Below, in pieces: positions 12,080 through 22,315 of a DNA stretch of 64,000 nucleotides (positions are counted from its first letter, which is position 1; each line of letters starts with the position of its first letter). The stretch is from contig CBDFKJ010000008.1 of the NCBI GenBank assembly GCA_965248805.1, forward strand, positions 480,424-544,423, in the 5' to 3' direction. This DNA comes from Alphaproteobacteria bacterium (GTDB lineage: Bacteria; Pseudomonadota; Alphaproteobacteria; UBA6615). A model generated the notes under the pieces. That model saw only the letters and a program-made list of their open reading frames with translations, had not been told where the DNA came from and made no database searches. Position numbers and translations under genes: made by a program.

Positions 12080-12913
12080 TCATCGTTGATGTCGTGCACA
12101 ATAGAATGTCGAACGGCCAGCCTGAACGATGCGGTGTATCTGGCACCCGTCGGCGGGGCAGCGCGGGCACGCCTGGCCGGCGCGATCGTAGACGGCGAAC
12201 CGGGCTTGAAAGTAACCGAGTTCGCCATTGGTGTGACGATAGTCGCGCAGTGACGAGCCGCCCGCGGCGATGGCGTCGTCGAGGACGCCGCGCACCGCGC
12301 GAAAAAGCCTCGCCGCGCGCTTCCCGGCGACAGTGCCGGCACCGCGGCGCGGCGAAATATCCGCCCAATATAACGCCTCGCAGGCGTATATATTGCCGAG
12401 ACCGGCGACGACCCGCTGGTCCATCAAGGCGGCCTTGATGGAGGTGCGCTTTCCCGCCAGTCGCCGCGCCAGTTCGGTAGCGCTGAAGTCCTCGCCGAGC
12501 GGCTCCGGCCCCAGTTGGCGCAGTAGTCGGTGCCCGTCCAACGCCTCCGGCTCGACCAGATCCATTGACCCGAACCGTCGCGCGTCGTTGAAGCGGAGTT
12601 GCGTTCCTGAGCACGTCGTCACTACTACATGGTCGTGCGCGTGCAGCGGCGGCCGCCGGTCCGGATAGATCTGCATCCGACCGCTCATGCCAAGATGGGC
12701 GAGCCAGATCAGAGCGTTGTCCAGGTCGATCAGCAGGTACTTGCCGCGCCGCCGAATGCCGGTCACGCGGCGGCCCTGCAGCTGCGTTGCGAACCCACTC
12801 GGCAACGGAAACCGCAACATACTGCGCCGCACCAGAACCTCGGCCAGTTGCTGATCCAACAACGCCGGCAACAGACCGCGGCGTACGGTTTCGACTTCCG
12901 GCAATTCGGGCAT
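12080..12913 (-). CDS. mutM: Formamidopyrimidine-DNA glycosylase (Fpg/MutM). The start is MPELPEVE at ~12913.
   Basis: MPELPEVETVRRGL N-terminus with catalytic P2/E3, H2TH region, and C-terminal zinc finger CPRC...C..C. Confidence 0.9.
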   Translation of the reverse strand: MPELPEVETVRRGLLPALLDQQLAEVLVRRSMLRFPLPSGFATQLQGRRVTGIRRRGKYLLIDLDNALIWLAHLGMSGRMQIYPDRRPPLHAHDHVVVTTCSGTQLRFNDARRFGSMDLVEPEALDGHRLLRQLGPEPLGEDFSATELARRLAGKRTSIKAALMDQRVVAGLGNIYACEALYWADISPRRGAGTVAGKRAARLFRAVRGVLDDAIAAGGSSLRDYRHTNGELGYFQARFAVYDRAGQACPRCPADGCQIHRIVQAGRSTFYCARHQR

Positions 12914-12998
12914 GGCGCGAGCGTAGCAAATTCTGATGACGCGCAGTAGTGGCGCGAGGTTCGTTTCCCGCCGGCGGGACTTATCGTAATCTGGCGCC

Positions 12999-13730
12999 AT
13001 GGTAGCAAGGCGACAGACGCAGGAGCCCGGCACCGGCGGCGTTGGCACTGCCGACGCGCAATTCGTGCGCCGGGTGTTCGCTTCGGTCGCACGGCGCTAC
13101 GACGTGATGAACGACGTGATGTCGTTTGGTGCGCACCGGGCGTGGAAGTCGGTGCTGGTCGATGCGCTCGCAGCGCGGCCCGGCGGCCGCTATGTCGATG
13201 TCGCCGGCGGCACGGGCGACGTCGCGGCGCGCATCGCGCGTACCGGTGCCGATGTGACGTTGTGCGATATCAACGCGGCGATGATCACTGCCGGGCGCCG
13301 CCGCCACGCTCGCCAGAATGCGATCGTTTGGGTGCAAGGCGACGCCACGTCCCTGCCGTTTGGTGATCGCACATTCGACGGCTACACGATTGCCTTCGGA
13401 CTACGCAATGTCGCCGATATCGAAGCGGCCCTGGCGCAAGCCCGAAGGGTGCTCAGGCCCGGTGGCAGATTCCTGTGCCTGGAGTTCAGCCGGGTGGTGC
13501 TGCCCCTGTTGCGCCAAGCCTACGACACCTATTCCGATGTGCTCATTCCGCGAATGGGCGCCGTCGTCGCCGGCGACCGCGCTGCCTATCAATACTTGAT
13601 CGACAGTATTCGTCGGTTTCCAGAGCAGGACCACCTGGCGAGCCTGGTCGCGCAGGCGGGCCTACAGCGCGTACGCGTGCGCAATTTGGCCGGCGGCATC
13701 GTTGCGTTGCATTCGGCGTGGCGGCTGTAA
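12999..13730 (+). CDS. ubiE: Ubiquinone/menaquinone biosynthesis C-methyltransferase UbiE
   Basis: SAM-binding motif VDVAGGTGD, UbiE family signature FGLRNV, 243 aa. Divergent from mutM, as is common in alphaproteobacteria. Confidence 0.9.
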   Translation: MVARRQTQEPGTGGVGTADAQFVRRVFASVARRYDVMNDVMSFGAHRAWKSVLVDALAARPGGRYVDVAGGTGDVAARIARTGADVTLCDINAAMITAGRRRHARQNAIVWVQGDATSLPFGDRTFDGYTIAFGLRNVADIEAALAQARRVLRPGGRFLCLEFSRVVLPLLRQAYDTYSDVLIPRMGAVVAGDRAAYQYLIDSIRRFPEQDHLASLVAQAGLQRVRVRNLAGGIVALHSAWRL

Positions 13731-13811
13731 TCGTCGGGCCCTCCTTGCGCGGCTCGCGCCCACTCCTTACCTTATTTACAGCTTTGTCGCGTAGTTTCGG
13801 ACTGCAGCAAT

Positions 13812-15044
13812 TTGATGGGCATGCACGACGTGAGCGGACGCCAAATCCTCCTGATCATCTCCGGTGGCATTGCCGCCTATAAGAGCCTTGACCTGATCCG
13901 CCGTCTGCGCGAACGCGGCGCGCGGGTGCGTGCGATTTTGACTGCCGGTGGCGCTCAGTTCGTCACGCCGCTGTCGGTCGCCGCGCTATGCGAGGACAAG
14001 GTCTACACCGAATTGTTTTCGCTCACCGACGAGGCGGAGATGGGCCACATCCGCCTGGCTTGTGACGCCGACGCGGTGGTGGTTGCGCCCGCTTCAGCCG
14101 ATCTGCTGGCGCGCATGGCGTCGGGTTTGGCCGACGATTTGGCGGCCACGGTTCTGTTGGCGAGCGACCGGCCGCTGCTGCTGGCGGCGGCGATGAACGT
14201 GCGCATGTGGCACCACCCGGCGACCCAAGCCAATCTGGCGACGCTGCAGGCGCGCGGGGCGCTCCTGGTCGGACCCGGCGAGGGCGCGATGGCGTGTGGC
14301 GAACATGGCCTCGGACGTATGGCCGAGCCGGCCGAAATCGTCGACGCCATTACCGAGCTCTTCACCGGCAACGACGGCCGGGTGCTCGCGGGGCTGCGCG
14401 CACTGGTCACCAGCGGTCCGACCCACGAGCCGATCGACGGCGTGCGTTACATCGCCAACCGCTCCTCGGGAAAGCAGGGCCATGCCATCGCCCGCGCGCT
14501 TGCAGTCCACGGCGCCGCCACGACGCTGGTCAGCGGACCGACCGCGCTGCCGGATCCGCCGGGTGTCGATACGGTCCGCGTCGAAACGGCGGCGCAGATG
14601 TACGAAGCCTGCCAGGCCTCGCTGCCGGTCGACGTCGCCGTTTGTGCCGCCGCCGTTGCCGACTGGCGCACCACGCAGGTAAGCGCACAGAAGATCAAGA
14701 AGAACGGCGGGGCGCCGCCGGCACTGCGATTGGAAGAGACCCCAGATGTCCTGCGCGCCCTGTCGGCGGCCGGGAACCGGCGGCCGCGACTGGTCGTCGG
14801 GTTTGCGGCCGAAACCGGCGACGCCATCGTCAAGGCGCAGGCCAAGCGCGCCGCCAAAGGCTGCGACTGGATCGTCGCCAACGATGTTTCGATCGGAACC
14901 GAAACTTTCGGCGGCGACACTAACGAGGTGCATGTCATCGCCGCCGGCGGCGTCGACAGTTGGCCGCGTATGACCAAGGCCGATGTCGCCGAACGGCTCG
15001 CTGGCCGCATCGCCGACGCCTTGACGGCGGAGCGACGATCATGA
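13812..15044 (+). CDS. coaBC: Bifunctional phosphopantothenoylcysteine decarboxylase / phosphopantothenate-cysteine ligase
   Basis: N-terminal flavoprotein domain ([21 protein letters not shown]) and C-terminal CoaB domain ([10 protein letters not shown]...GFAAET). 410 aa. Confidence 0.9.
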   Translation: MMGMHDVSGRQILLIISGGIAAYKSLDLIRRLRERGARVRAILTAGGAQFVTPLSVAALCEDKVYTELFSLTDEAEMGHIRLACDADAVVVAPASADLLARMASGLADDLAATVLLASDRPLLLAAAMNVRMWHHPATQANLATLQARGALLVGPGEGAMACGEHGLGRMAEPAEIVDAITELFTGNDGRVLAGLRALVTSGPTHEPIDGVRYIANRSSGKQGHAIARALAVHGAATTLVSGPTALPDPPGVDTVRVETAAQMYEACQASLPVDVAVCAAAVADWRTTQVSAQKIKKNGGAPPALRLEETPDVLRALSAAGNRRPRLVVGFAAETGDAIVKAQAKRAAKGCDWIVANDVSIGTETFGGDTNEVHVIAAGGVDSWPRMTKADVAERLAGRIADALTAERRS

Positions 15045-15523
15045 ACGCGCTTGATGTTCCGGTAACGCGTCTGGTGCACGGCGCGGACCTGCCGCTGCCG
15101 GCGTACGCGTCGGCGCACGCCGCCGGCATGGATCTGGTCGCGGCGGTCGACGAGGATGTGACGCTGGTGCCGGGTGCGCGGGCGATGGTGCCGACCGGTC
15201 TTGCAATCGCCTTGCCGGAGGGATTCGAGGCCCAGGTGCGGCCACGCTCGGGCCTGGCCTGGAAGCATGGTGTTACGCTGCTCAACAGCCCCGGCACAAT
15301 CGACGCCGACTATCGCGGCGAGATTCGGGTCATACTGGTCAATCTGGGCGAGGACCCTTTCACGGTGCACCGCGGCATGCGCATCGCGCAGATGCTGGTG
15401 GCGCCGGTGGTCAAGATCGCCTGGCGCGCGGTCGCGACGCTGCCGGAGAGTGTACGCGGTGTCGGCGGTTTCGGCTCGACGGGCGTGGGCGGCCGTGGCG
15501 GTTCGGAAACGACCACGGCCTAG
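15041..15523 (+). CDS. dut: dUTP diphosphatase. The start is MNALDVP and overlaps the coaBC stop (ATGA).
   Basis: dUTPase motifs [20 protein letters not shown] and a C-terminal Gly-rich tail. Confidence 0.9.
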   Translation: MNALDVPVTRLVHGADLPLPAYASAHAAGMDLVAAVDEDVTLVPGARAMVPTGLAIALPEGFEAQVRPRSGLAWKHGVTLLNSPGTIDADYRGEIRVILVNLGEDPFTVHRGMRIAQMLVAPVVKIAWRAVATLPESVRGVGGFGSTGVGGRGGSETTTA

Positions 15524-15525
15524 TC

Positions 15526-15987
15526 ATGATCAAGCTATCGAAGAAGACCCTGTTCGCCATTGAGGCCGTGCTCGACATCGCCTATCACGCCGATGCGCGG
15601 CCGGTCTCCAGCCAGGACATCACTGGGCGCCAGAACATCCCCCGTCGCTATCTGGAGCAGGTGCTGCAGCAACTGGTGCATGCCGGGATCCTGGCGGGCG
15701 TGCGCGGCCCGCGCGGCGGCTACCGCCTGGCCCGCGAACGCCGGCGTATCACCGTCGGCGAGATCATGCGCACCATCCGCGAAACAGAGCGCTCTGCCGA
15801 TCCGGTCACCGATCCCTGCGGCTCGCCATTGGGCCACGCCGTGGTGCGGCCGCTGTGGCAGGAGATCCAGGGTGACGTCGTCGCCCGTCTGGACCGAATC
15901 TCGATCGATGATCTATGCCATCGCGCCCACCATTGCGGCATCGACGACTGTTGCGAACCGCCGGTGAAACTGTCGCGGAAGGCGTGA
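15526..15987 (+). CDS. Rrf2-family transcriptional regulator (IscR/NsrR-like)
   Basis: HTH region (MIKLSKKTLFAIEAVLDIAYH...SQDITGRQNIPRRYLEQVLQQLVHAGIL) plus a C-terminal Cys cluster (C..C....C) compatible with Fe-S binding. Confidence 0.85.
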   Translation: MIKLSKKTLFAIEAVLDIAYHADARPVSSQDITGRQNIPRRYLEQVLQQLVHAGILAGVRGPRGGYRLARERRRITVGEIMRTIRETERSADPVTDPCGSPLGHAVVRPLWQEIQGDVVARLDRISIDDLCHRAHHCGIDDCCEPPVKLSRKA

Positions 15988-15994
15988 GCCCACC

Positions 15995-16762
15995 GTGGAA
16001 CTGACCGATACCCAATTCGAGCGCTACGCGCGCCACCTAATCCTCGACGAAGTCGGCGAAGACGGGCAGGAGCGCCTGCTCGCTTCCAAGGTGCTGCTCA
16101 TCGGCGCCGGCGGGTTGGGCGCGCCGATGATCCTGTATCTGGCCGCGGCCGGTGTTGGCGCGATTGGCGTGGTCGACGACGATGTCGTCGATCTGACCAA
16201 TCTGCAGCGCCAAGTGGTGCACGCAACGGAGCGCGTCGGCGAGCCCAAGGTGACGAGCGCGGCCGCTTCCGTCGCCGCGCTCAATCCCGACGTCCGCGTC
16301 ATTGCCCACAACACGCGTCTGGACGCCACCAACGCCGCCGAGCTGATCGCCGATTACGATCTGGTGGCCGACGGCTCCGACAACTTCGCCACCCGCTATC
16401 AGCTCAACGACGCCTGTTACCGTGCCGACAAGCCTCTGGTCGCCGCCGCGTTGCTGCGCTTCGAGGGCCAGTTGTTCACCTTCAAGCGCACCGAGCCGAA
16501 GACGCCGTGCTATCGCTGCGTGTTCCGCGAGCCGCCGAGCGAGGACCTGGTGCCGCGCTGCGAGCAGGCCGGCATATTGGGTGCGCTGGCCGGCGTCATG
16601 GGCTCGCTGCAGGCGACCGAAATACTGAAGGAGCTCCTGGATCTTGGTGACACCCTGGCGGGGCAGATGCTGATCTATGACGCGCTGTCGGTGACTTTTC
16701 GCAAGATCAAGCTGGCCCACGACCCCGACTGCCCGCTATGCGGGTCGCAAACCGGACAATAG
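15995..16762 (+). CDS. moeB: Molybdopterin-synthase adenylyltransferase MoeB / ThiF family E1-like enzyme
   Basis: YARHLIL..., nucleotide-binding GAGGLG, and C-terminal CxxC...CxxC zinc motif. Confidence 0.85.
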   Translation: MELTDTQFERYARHLILDEVGEDGQERLLASKVLLIGAGGLGAPMILYLAAAGVGAIGVVDDDVVDLTNLQRQVVHATERVGEPKVTSAAASVAALNPDVRVIAHNTRLDATNAAELIADYDLVADGSDNFATRYQLNDACYRADKPLVAAALLRFEGQLFTFKRTEPKTPCYRCVFREPPSEDLVPRCEQAGILGALAGVMGSLQATEILKELLDLGDTLAGQMLIYDALSVTFRKIKLAHDPDCPLCGSQTGQ

Positions 16763-16763
16763 G

Positions 16764-17750
16764 TCAGAGCATTTTCTCGACCACCCGGTCAGGCGGCGCG
16801 TGGTCGTCGATGAAGCTCTTGATATTGACGATTACCTTTTCGCCCATGTCGCGGCGGCCCTCGATGGTAGCCGATCCCATGTGCGGCAACAGCGCCACGT
16901 TATCGAGCTTCATCAGCCGCGGATTAATGGCCGGCTCGCGCTCGAACACGTCCAGTCCGGCGCCGGCGATCTTGCGCTTGCCCAAGAGATCGACCAGTGC
17001 CGCCTCGTCGATGACCTCGCCGCGTGAGGTGTTGACCACATAGGCGTGCGGCTGCAGCAACTCCAGCCGCCGCCGCGACAGCAGGTGATAGGTCGCCGGC
17101 GTGTGCGGGCAGTTGATCGAGACGATGTCGACGCGGCGCAGCATCTGGTCCAGCGACTCCCAATAGGTCGCCTCCAGCTCCGTCTCCAGCGATTCATGGA
17201 CGCGATGCCGGTTGTGGTAGTGCACCGCAACACCAAACCCGCGCGCCCGCCGCGCCACCGCCGAGCCGATCCGCCCCATGCCGACGATGCCCAGCCGCTT
17301 GCCCCAAATGCGATGGCCCAGCATCCAGGTCGGGCTCCAGCCGGGCCAGGCGCCGTCGCGCAGCACGCGCTCGCCCTCGACCAGACGCCGCGGCACCGCC
17401 AGGATCAGCGCCATCGTCATGTCGGCCGTGTCCTCGGTCAGCACGCCCGGCGTGTTGGTGACGGTTATGGCTTTGGCACTGGCCGCCGCCAGGTCGATGT
17501 TGTCGACACCGGTGCCGAAATTGGCGATGAGCTTCAGGTTGGCCCCGGCGGCATCGATAAGCGCCTTGTCGATGCGGTCGGTGACGGTGGGGACCAGCAC
17601 GTCGGCCTCGCGCATGGCCTCTGCCAGCGAAGCGGCAGACATCGGCGCGTCGTCGTCGTTCAGACGTGCGTCGAACAGCTCCTTCATGCGCGTTTCGATG
17701 ATGTCGGGCAGTTTGCGGGTGACCACCACCAGCTTCTTGGCGCTTGTCAT
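16764..17750 (-). CDS. D-isomer-specific 2-hydroxyacid dehydrogenase (glyoxylate/hydroxypyruvate reductase-like)
   Basis: NAD-binding GxGxxG (GIVGMGRIGSAVA), catalytic R/E/H pattern, 2-HADH family length. Confidence 0.85.
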   Translation of the reverse strand: MTSAKKLVVVTRKLPDIIETRMKELFDARLNDDDAPMSAASLAEAMREADVLVPTVTDRIDKALIDAAGANLKLIANFGTGVDNIDLAAASAKAITVTNTPGVLTEDTADMTMALILAVPRRLVEGERVLRDGAWPGWSPTWMLGHRIWGKRLGIVGMGRIGSAVARRARGFGVAVHYHNRHRVHESLETELEATYWESLDQMLRRVDIVSINCPHTPATYHLLSRRRLELLQPHAYVVNTSRGEVIDEAALVDLLGKRKIAGAGLDVFEREPAINPRLMKLDNVALLPHMGSATIEGRRDMGEKVIVNIKSFIDDHAPPDRVVEKML

Positions 17751-17916
17751 CGACCCCGGTCCCCCGTTCTCACGGCTCGGCGGGCGACACTGTGCCGTTA
17801 TCATCCGGCGCGAGGCAAGGCCGCAATTGGGCCGCGAAAACCGCGTCTTGACGCGCTCGAGTCGATGCCGTAGAGGCGGCAGCGACTGTCGGATATCCCG
17901 TTAGCGACTCGCCCTC

Positions 17917-18399
17917 ATGCGCCCGACCCGGCATATCGCTGTCATCACCTTGTTTCTCATCGGTGTCGGCTTCAGCGCCGACGCGGCGGCGCAGGATTGC
18001 AGCAAGGTCACGTATTTCGCCGCCTTACGCGCCGATGAGGTCAATGTGCGCTCGGGACCGGGCGTAAAGTATCCCATCGCCTGGGTCTTCATTCGTGAGC
18101 GCATGCCGCTGGCCGTCATCGCCGAAATCGAGCACTGGCGGCGGGTGTGCGACTGGGAGGGCACGTCGGGCTGGATCCACCGCACCATGCTGTCGCGGCA
18201 GCGCACGGTGATCGTCACTGCGGCCGAAACGACGCTGCGCCGCGAGCCTTCCGAGGCCGCCACCACCGTCGCTCATGTCGGCACCGCCGTGGTCGGCGAA
18301 CTGGATGAATGCGTTGGCGGCTGGTGCCGCATCAATGTCCAGGGCTATCGCGGATGGGCACCCCGCGCCGACATCTGGGGCGCAATCGACACGCCCTGA
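17917..18399 (+). CDS. Secreted SH3b-like domain protein
   Basis: Signal peptide followed by a bacterial SH3-like segment (EVNVRSGPGVKYPIAWVF) and Cys pairs. I cannot assign a function. Confidence 0.5.
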   Translation: MRPTRHIAVITLFLIGVGFSADAAAQDCSKVTYFAALRADEVNVRSGPGVKYPIAWVFIRERMPLAVIAEIEHWRRVCDWEGTSGWIHRTMLSRQRTVIVTAAETTLRREPSEAATTVAHVGTAVVGELDECVGGWCRINVQGYRGWAPRADIWGAIDTP

Positions 18400-18523
18400 G
18401 CGCCTGCGGTGCCGAGAGCGGCCGATTTCCCCTACTGAACAACGCCCCTTCCCGCTATGGTACAGTGTAGGTAAGCCCCGAGGGGCAATGCTGAGAGCAC
18501 GAATACCGATAAGGGAGGTGGTG

Positions 18524-19522
18524 ATGATCAAACGTCTGATGGGCTTGGTGGCTGCCGGCTTGACGACGGCATCGGTGGCGGCGCTGGCGCAGGACATCAA
18601 GCCGGCCGTGGTCTTCGACATGGGCGGCAAATTCGACAAGTCCTTCAACGAGGGCATCTACAACGGCGTCGAACAGTTCCGCCAGGAGACCGGCGTCGAG
18701 TACGGTGAGTTCGAGGTTACGAACGAGACCCAGCGCGAGCAGGCGCTGCGCAACTTCGCGCGCCGCGGTTACGACCCGGTGATCGCGGTCGGCTTCGCGC
18801 AGGGGCCGGCGCTGGAGACGGTGGCCAAGGAGTTCCCGGACACCCGCTTCTCGATCATCGACATGGTTGTGGACCTGCCGAACGTGCAGTCGCTGATTTT
18901 CAAGGAGCACGAGGGATCGTTCCTGGTTGGCGTGCTGGCGGCGTTGAAGTCCGAGACCGGCAAGGTCGGCTTCGTCGGCGGCATGGACATCGGTCTGATC
19001 CGGCGCTTCGCCTGTGGCTATGAGCAGGGCGTCAAACACGTCAACCCCGAGGCCGATGTGTTCCAGAACATGACCGGCACCACGCCGGCGGCATGGAACG
19101 ATCCGGTCAAGGGCGGCGAACTGGCCAAGTCGCAATTCGATCGCGGCGCCGACATTGTCTACGCCGCGGCCGGCGGCACCGGGTTGGGCGTGCTGCAGGC
19201 GGCTGCCGACGCCGGCAAGCTGTCGATCGGCGTCGACTCAAACCAGAACTACCTGCATCCCGGCTCGGTCCTGACCTCGATGCTGAAGCGCGTCGATGTC
19301 GCCGCCTACAACGTCTACAAGACCGCCGCCGATGGCACCTGGCAAGCAGGCATCCAGGTGTTGGGCTTGAGCGAGGACGGCGTCGGCTGGGCGCTCGACG
19401 AGAACAACCAGGCGCTGATTTCCGACGAAATGAAGGCTCAGATTGAGCAGATCCGTGCGGAAATCATTTCCGGGGCGATTCAGGTCCACAACTACACCGA
19501 CAACAACGAGTGCACCTACTGA
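18524..19522 (+). CDS. BMP-family (PnrA/Med-like) ABC transporter substrate-binding protein, a probable nucleoside-binding SBP
   Basis: Signal peptide then the BMP lipoprotein-family fold signature (VVFDMGGKFDKSFNE...GVDSNQ). First gene of an ABC importer operon beside cdd, pnp and deoC. Confidence 0.85.
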   Translation: MIKRLMGLVAAGLTTASVAALAQDIKPAVVFDMGGKFDKSFNEGIYNGVEQFRQETGVEYGEFEVTNETQREQALRNFARRGYDPVIAVGFAQGPALETVAKEFPDTRFSIIDMVVDLPNVQSLIFKEHEGSFLVGVLAALKSETGKVGFVGGMDIGLIRRFACGYEQGVKHVNPEADVFQNMTGTTPAAWNDPVKGGELAKSQFDRGADIVYAAAGGTGLGVLQAAADAGKLSIGVDSNQNYLHPGSVLTSMLKRVDVAAYNVYKTAADGTWQAGIQVLGLSEDGVGWALDENNQALISDEMKAQIEQIRAEIISGAIQVHNYTDNNECTY

Positions 19523-19575
19523 GGCGCGGCCAAGTCTCCGGGGGACCTTGACGCCATGTACTTGCCAAGGGGCGG

Positions 19576-21192
19576 GTGGTGCACCCGCCCCGGTCGTTGT
19601 CCGGGGTCGAGCGGGTCGTGACCGTGGAGCCAGACCCGGACCCCACCACCGCGCCCGAGCGGGCCGAGGCCGCGATCGAGCTACGCCACATCGACAAGAG
19701 TTTCGGGGCGGTTCACGCCAATCGGGACATCTCGATGCGCGTCGAGCGCGGCACGATCCACGGCATCATCGGCGAGAACGGGGCCGGCAAATCGACCCTG
19801 ATGAGCATCCTCTACGGCTTCTACCAGGCCGATTCGGGCGAAATCCTGGTCGCCGGCGTGGAGCGCGATATCCGCACGCCCCAAGGCGCCATCGCCGCCG
19901 GCATCGGCATGGTCCACCAGCACTTCATGCTGGTCGAGAACTTTACCGTTCTGGAGAACGTCATCCTCGGCGCCGAGGGCGGGCCGCTGTTGGCGGAGGG
20001 CGCCGAGCGGGCGCGTCAGGAGTTGGCGCGCCTGGAACGCGAGTACAGTTTGGAGGTCGATGTCGACGCCGTGGTCGAGGATCTGTCGGTCGGCCTCCAG
20101 CAGCGCGTCGAGATACTCAAGGCGCTCTATCGCGGCGCCGAGATCCTGATCCTGGACGAGCCGACCGGCGTGCTCACGCCGCAGGAGGCCGATCACCTGT
20201 TCCGTATCCTCAGCGCGCTGAAGGAGCAGGGCACGACGGTCATTCTGATTACGCACAAGCTGCGCGAGATCATGGCCATCACCGATAGCGTGACGGTGAT
20301 GCGACGGGGCGAGGTCGTTGCCAATCTGAAGACGGCGGATACCAGCCGCGAGCAGCTGGCGGAGTTGATGGTCGGGCGCAAAGTGCTGCTGCGCGTCGAC
20401 AAGGAGCCGGCACAACCGGTCGAGGTGAAGCTGGCGGTCGAGCATTTGCGCGTGGTCGACGCGGCGGGTGTGGTGCGGGTAAAGGATGCGAGCTTCACCG
20501 TACGCGGCGGCGAGATCGTCGGCATCGCCGGCGTCGCCGGCAACGGTCAGTCGGAATTGATGGAGGTGCTGTCGGGTATTCGCCCGCCCACGTCGGGCAC
20601 GATCCGGGTCGGCGGCGCCGAGTTGGCCGGCCACGACGCGAAGGCGGTCAGGCGCATGGGCTTGGCGCATCTGCCGGAAGACAGGCGGCGCGTGGGGCTG
20701 GTGACGGCGTTCGCCGCGTACGAATCATCCATTCTCGGCTACCACGACGATCCCGCTTTCAACGGACCGATCCTGCTGGACCGCAAGGCGATCATCGGCG
20801 CCTGCGCCCGCCAGATGGAGCACTACGACGTGCGGCCGCAGGCGCCGATGCTGCAGAGCGACAGTTTCTCCGGCGGCAACCAGCAAAAAATCGTCGTCGC
20901 GCGCGAGATGGAGCGCCATCCCGAGGTGCTGATCGTCGGCCAACCGACACGCGGCGTCGATATCGGCGCCATCGAGTTCATCCATCGCCGGCTGATCGCC
21001 ATGCGCGATGCCGGCAAGGCGATGCTGGTCATCTCGGTCGAACTGGACCAGATCATGGGCCTGAGCGACCGCATTCTGGTGATGTTCGACGGCACGATCG
21101 TCGGTGAAGTGGCGCCCGCCGACGCCACCGAGCAGATGTTGGGCCTGATGATGGCCGGCATCGATCCGCGCGCCGCCGATCAGGTGGCCTGA
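19576..21192 (+). CDS. ABC transporter ATP-binding protein with two fused ATPase domains (RbsA/nucleoside-importer type)
   Basis: Two Walker A/B sets and two LSGGQ-like signatures (LSVGLQQRVEI, FSGGNQQKIVVA). 538 aa. Confidence 0.9.
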   Translation: MVHPPRSLSGVERVVTVEPDPDPTTAPERAEAAIELRHIDKSFGAVHANRDISMRVERGTIHGIIGENGAGKSTLMSILYGFYQADSGEILVAGVERDIRTPQGAIAAGIGMVHQHFMLVENFTVLENVILGAEGGPLLAEGAERARQELARLEREYSLEVDVDAVVEDLSVGLQQRVEILKALYRGAEILILDEPTGVLTPQEADHLFRILSALKEQGTTVILITHKLREIMAITDSVTVMRRGEVVANLKTADTSREQLAELMVGRKVLLRVDKEPAQPVEVKLAVEHLRVVDAAGVVRVKDASFTVRGGEIVGIAGVAGNGQSELMEVLSGIRPPTSGTIRVGGAELAGHDAKAVRRMGLAHLPEDRRRVGLVTAFAAYESSILGYHDDPAFNGPILLDRKAIIGACARQMEHYDVRPQAPMLQSDSFSGGNQQKIVVAREMERHPEVLIVGQPTRGVDIGAIEFIHRRLIAMRDAGKAMLVISVELDQIMGLSDRILVMFDGTIVGEVAPADATEQMLGLMMAGIDPRAADQVA

Positions 21193-22310
21193 TGGCGACC
21201 GAACGCGACGTGCCGCGCTGGGTGAACGTCGGGCTGTTGCCGGTCGTCAATCTGGCGGCGGCGCTCGTGGTCTCCGGCATCGTCATCGTGATTATCGGCG
21301 AGAACCCGCTGCGCGCCCTGGTCATCCTGATCAACGGCGCCTTCGGTTTTCAGGAGGCGATCGGCTTCACGCTCTATTACACGACCAATTTCCTGTTCAC
21401 CGGCTTGGCGTTTGCGGTCGCCTTCCATTGCCGTCTGTTCAATATCGGTGCCGAGGGACAGGGCTATCTTGGCGGGTTGGGCGTCGGCCTGGTGTGCCTG
21501 TACTTCGATTTCCTCCCGTTCATTCTGGTGCTGCCGCTGGCGATCATCGCGGCGATGGTGCTCGGCGGCGCCTGGGCGCTGATACCGGGCTACCTGCAGG
21601 CCCGGCGCGGCAGCCACGTGGTCATCACCACCATCATGTTCAATTTCATCGCCGCGACCTTGATGGTCTATTTGATGACCAATGTGCTCATCAAGCCGGA
21701 GCAGATGTCGCCGGAAAGCCGCGAGTTCCTGCCCAACACCTGGCTGCCGTTCGCCCATGAGGCGCTTGGTTGGGTGGGCGTATCCTTCGCACGCTCGCCG
21801 TTGAACCTGTCGTTCGTTCTCGCCTTGATCAGTTGCGTTCTGGTATGGGGCTTCATCTGGCACACGCGCTGGGGCTACGCGCTGCGCACGGTCGGCGCCA
21901 ACAGCGCGGCCGCCGTTTATGCCGGCATCTCGCCGGCGCGCAATATCATGCTGGCGATGGCGATATCCGGCGGGCTGGCGGGCCTGATGGGCGTGAACGA
22001 GATCATGGGCGTCAATCACCGCCTGCTGCTCAACTTCACCGCCGGCTATGGTTTCGTCGGCATCGCCGTCTCATTGATGGGGCGCAGCCACCCGGCGGGC
22101 ATCGTGCTTTCGAGCCTGTTGTTCGGCGCTCTGTATCAAGGCGGTGCGGAGCTGGCGTTCGAGATTCCCAAGATCAGCCGCGACATGGTCGTCGTCATCC
22201 AAGGGCTGGTGATTTTGTTCGCCGGCGCACTGGAATTTCTGTTCTTGCCCTACCTGGCCATGATTTTTCGCCGGCGCACACCGGCGGCCATGCCGGCCGC
22301 GGCCGAGTAG
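21192..22310 (+). CDS. ABC transporter permease (branched-chain/nucleoside type)
   Basis: 372-aa polytopic membrane protein. Its start overlaps the ATPase stop. Confidence 0.85.
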   Translation: MATERDVPRWVNVGLLPVVNLAAALVVSGIVIVIIGENPLRALVILINGAFGFQEAIGFTLYYTTNFLFTGLAFAVAFHCRLFNIGAEGQGYLGGLGVGLVCLYFDFLPFILVLPLAIIAAMVLGGAWALIPGYLQARRGSHVVITTIMFNFIAATLMVYLMTNVLIKPEQMSPESREFLPNTWLPFAHEALGWVGVSFARSPLNLSFVLALISCVLVWGFIWHTRWGYALRTVGANSAAAVYAGISPARNIMLAMAISGGLAGLMGVNEIMGVNHRLLLNFTAGYGFVGIAVSLMGRSHPAGIVLSSLLFGALYQGGAELAFEIPKISRDMVVVIQGLVILFAGALEFLFLPYLAMIFRRRTPAAMPAAAE

Positions 22311-22315
22311 CGGCG

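Noticed and set aside
18400-18523. Possible riboswitch leader upstream of the BMP-type nucleoside transporter
   Set aside because: I found no match to purine, 2'-dG, ZTP or other known riboswitch consensus cores, only a generic GC-rich leader with an RBS.
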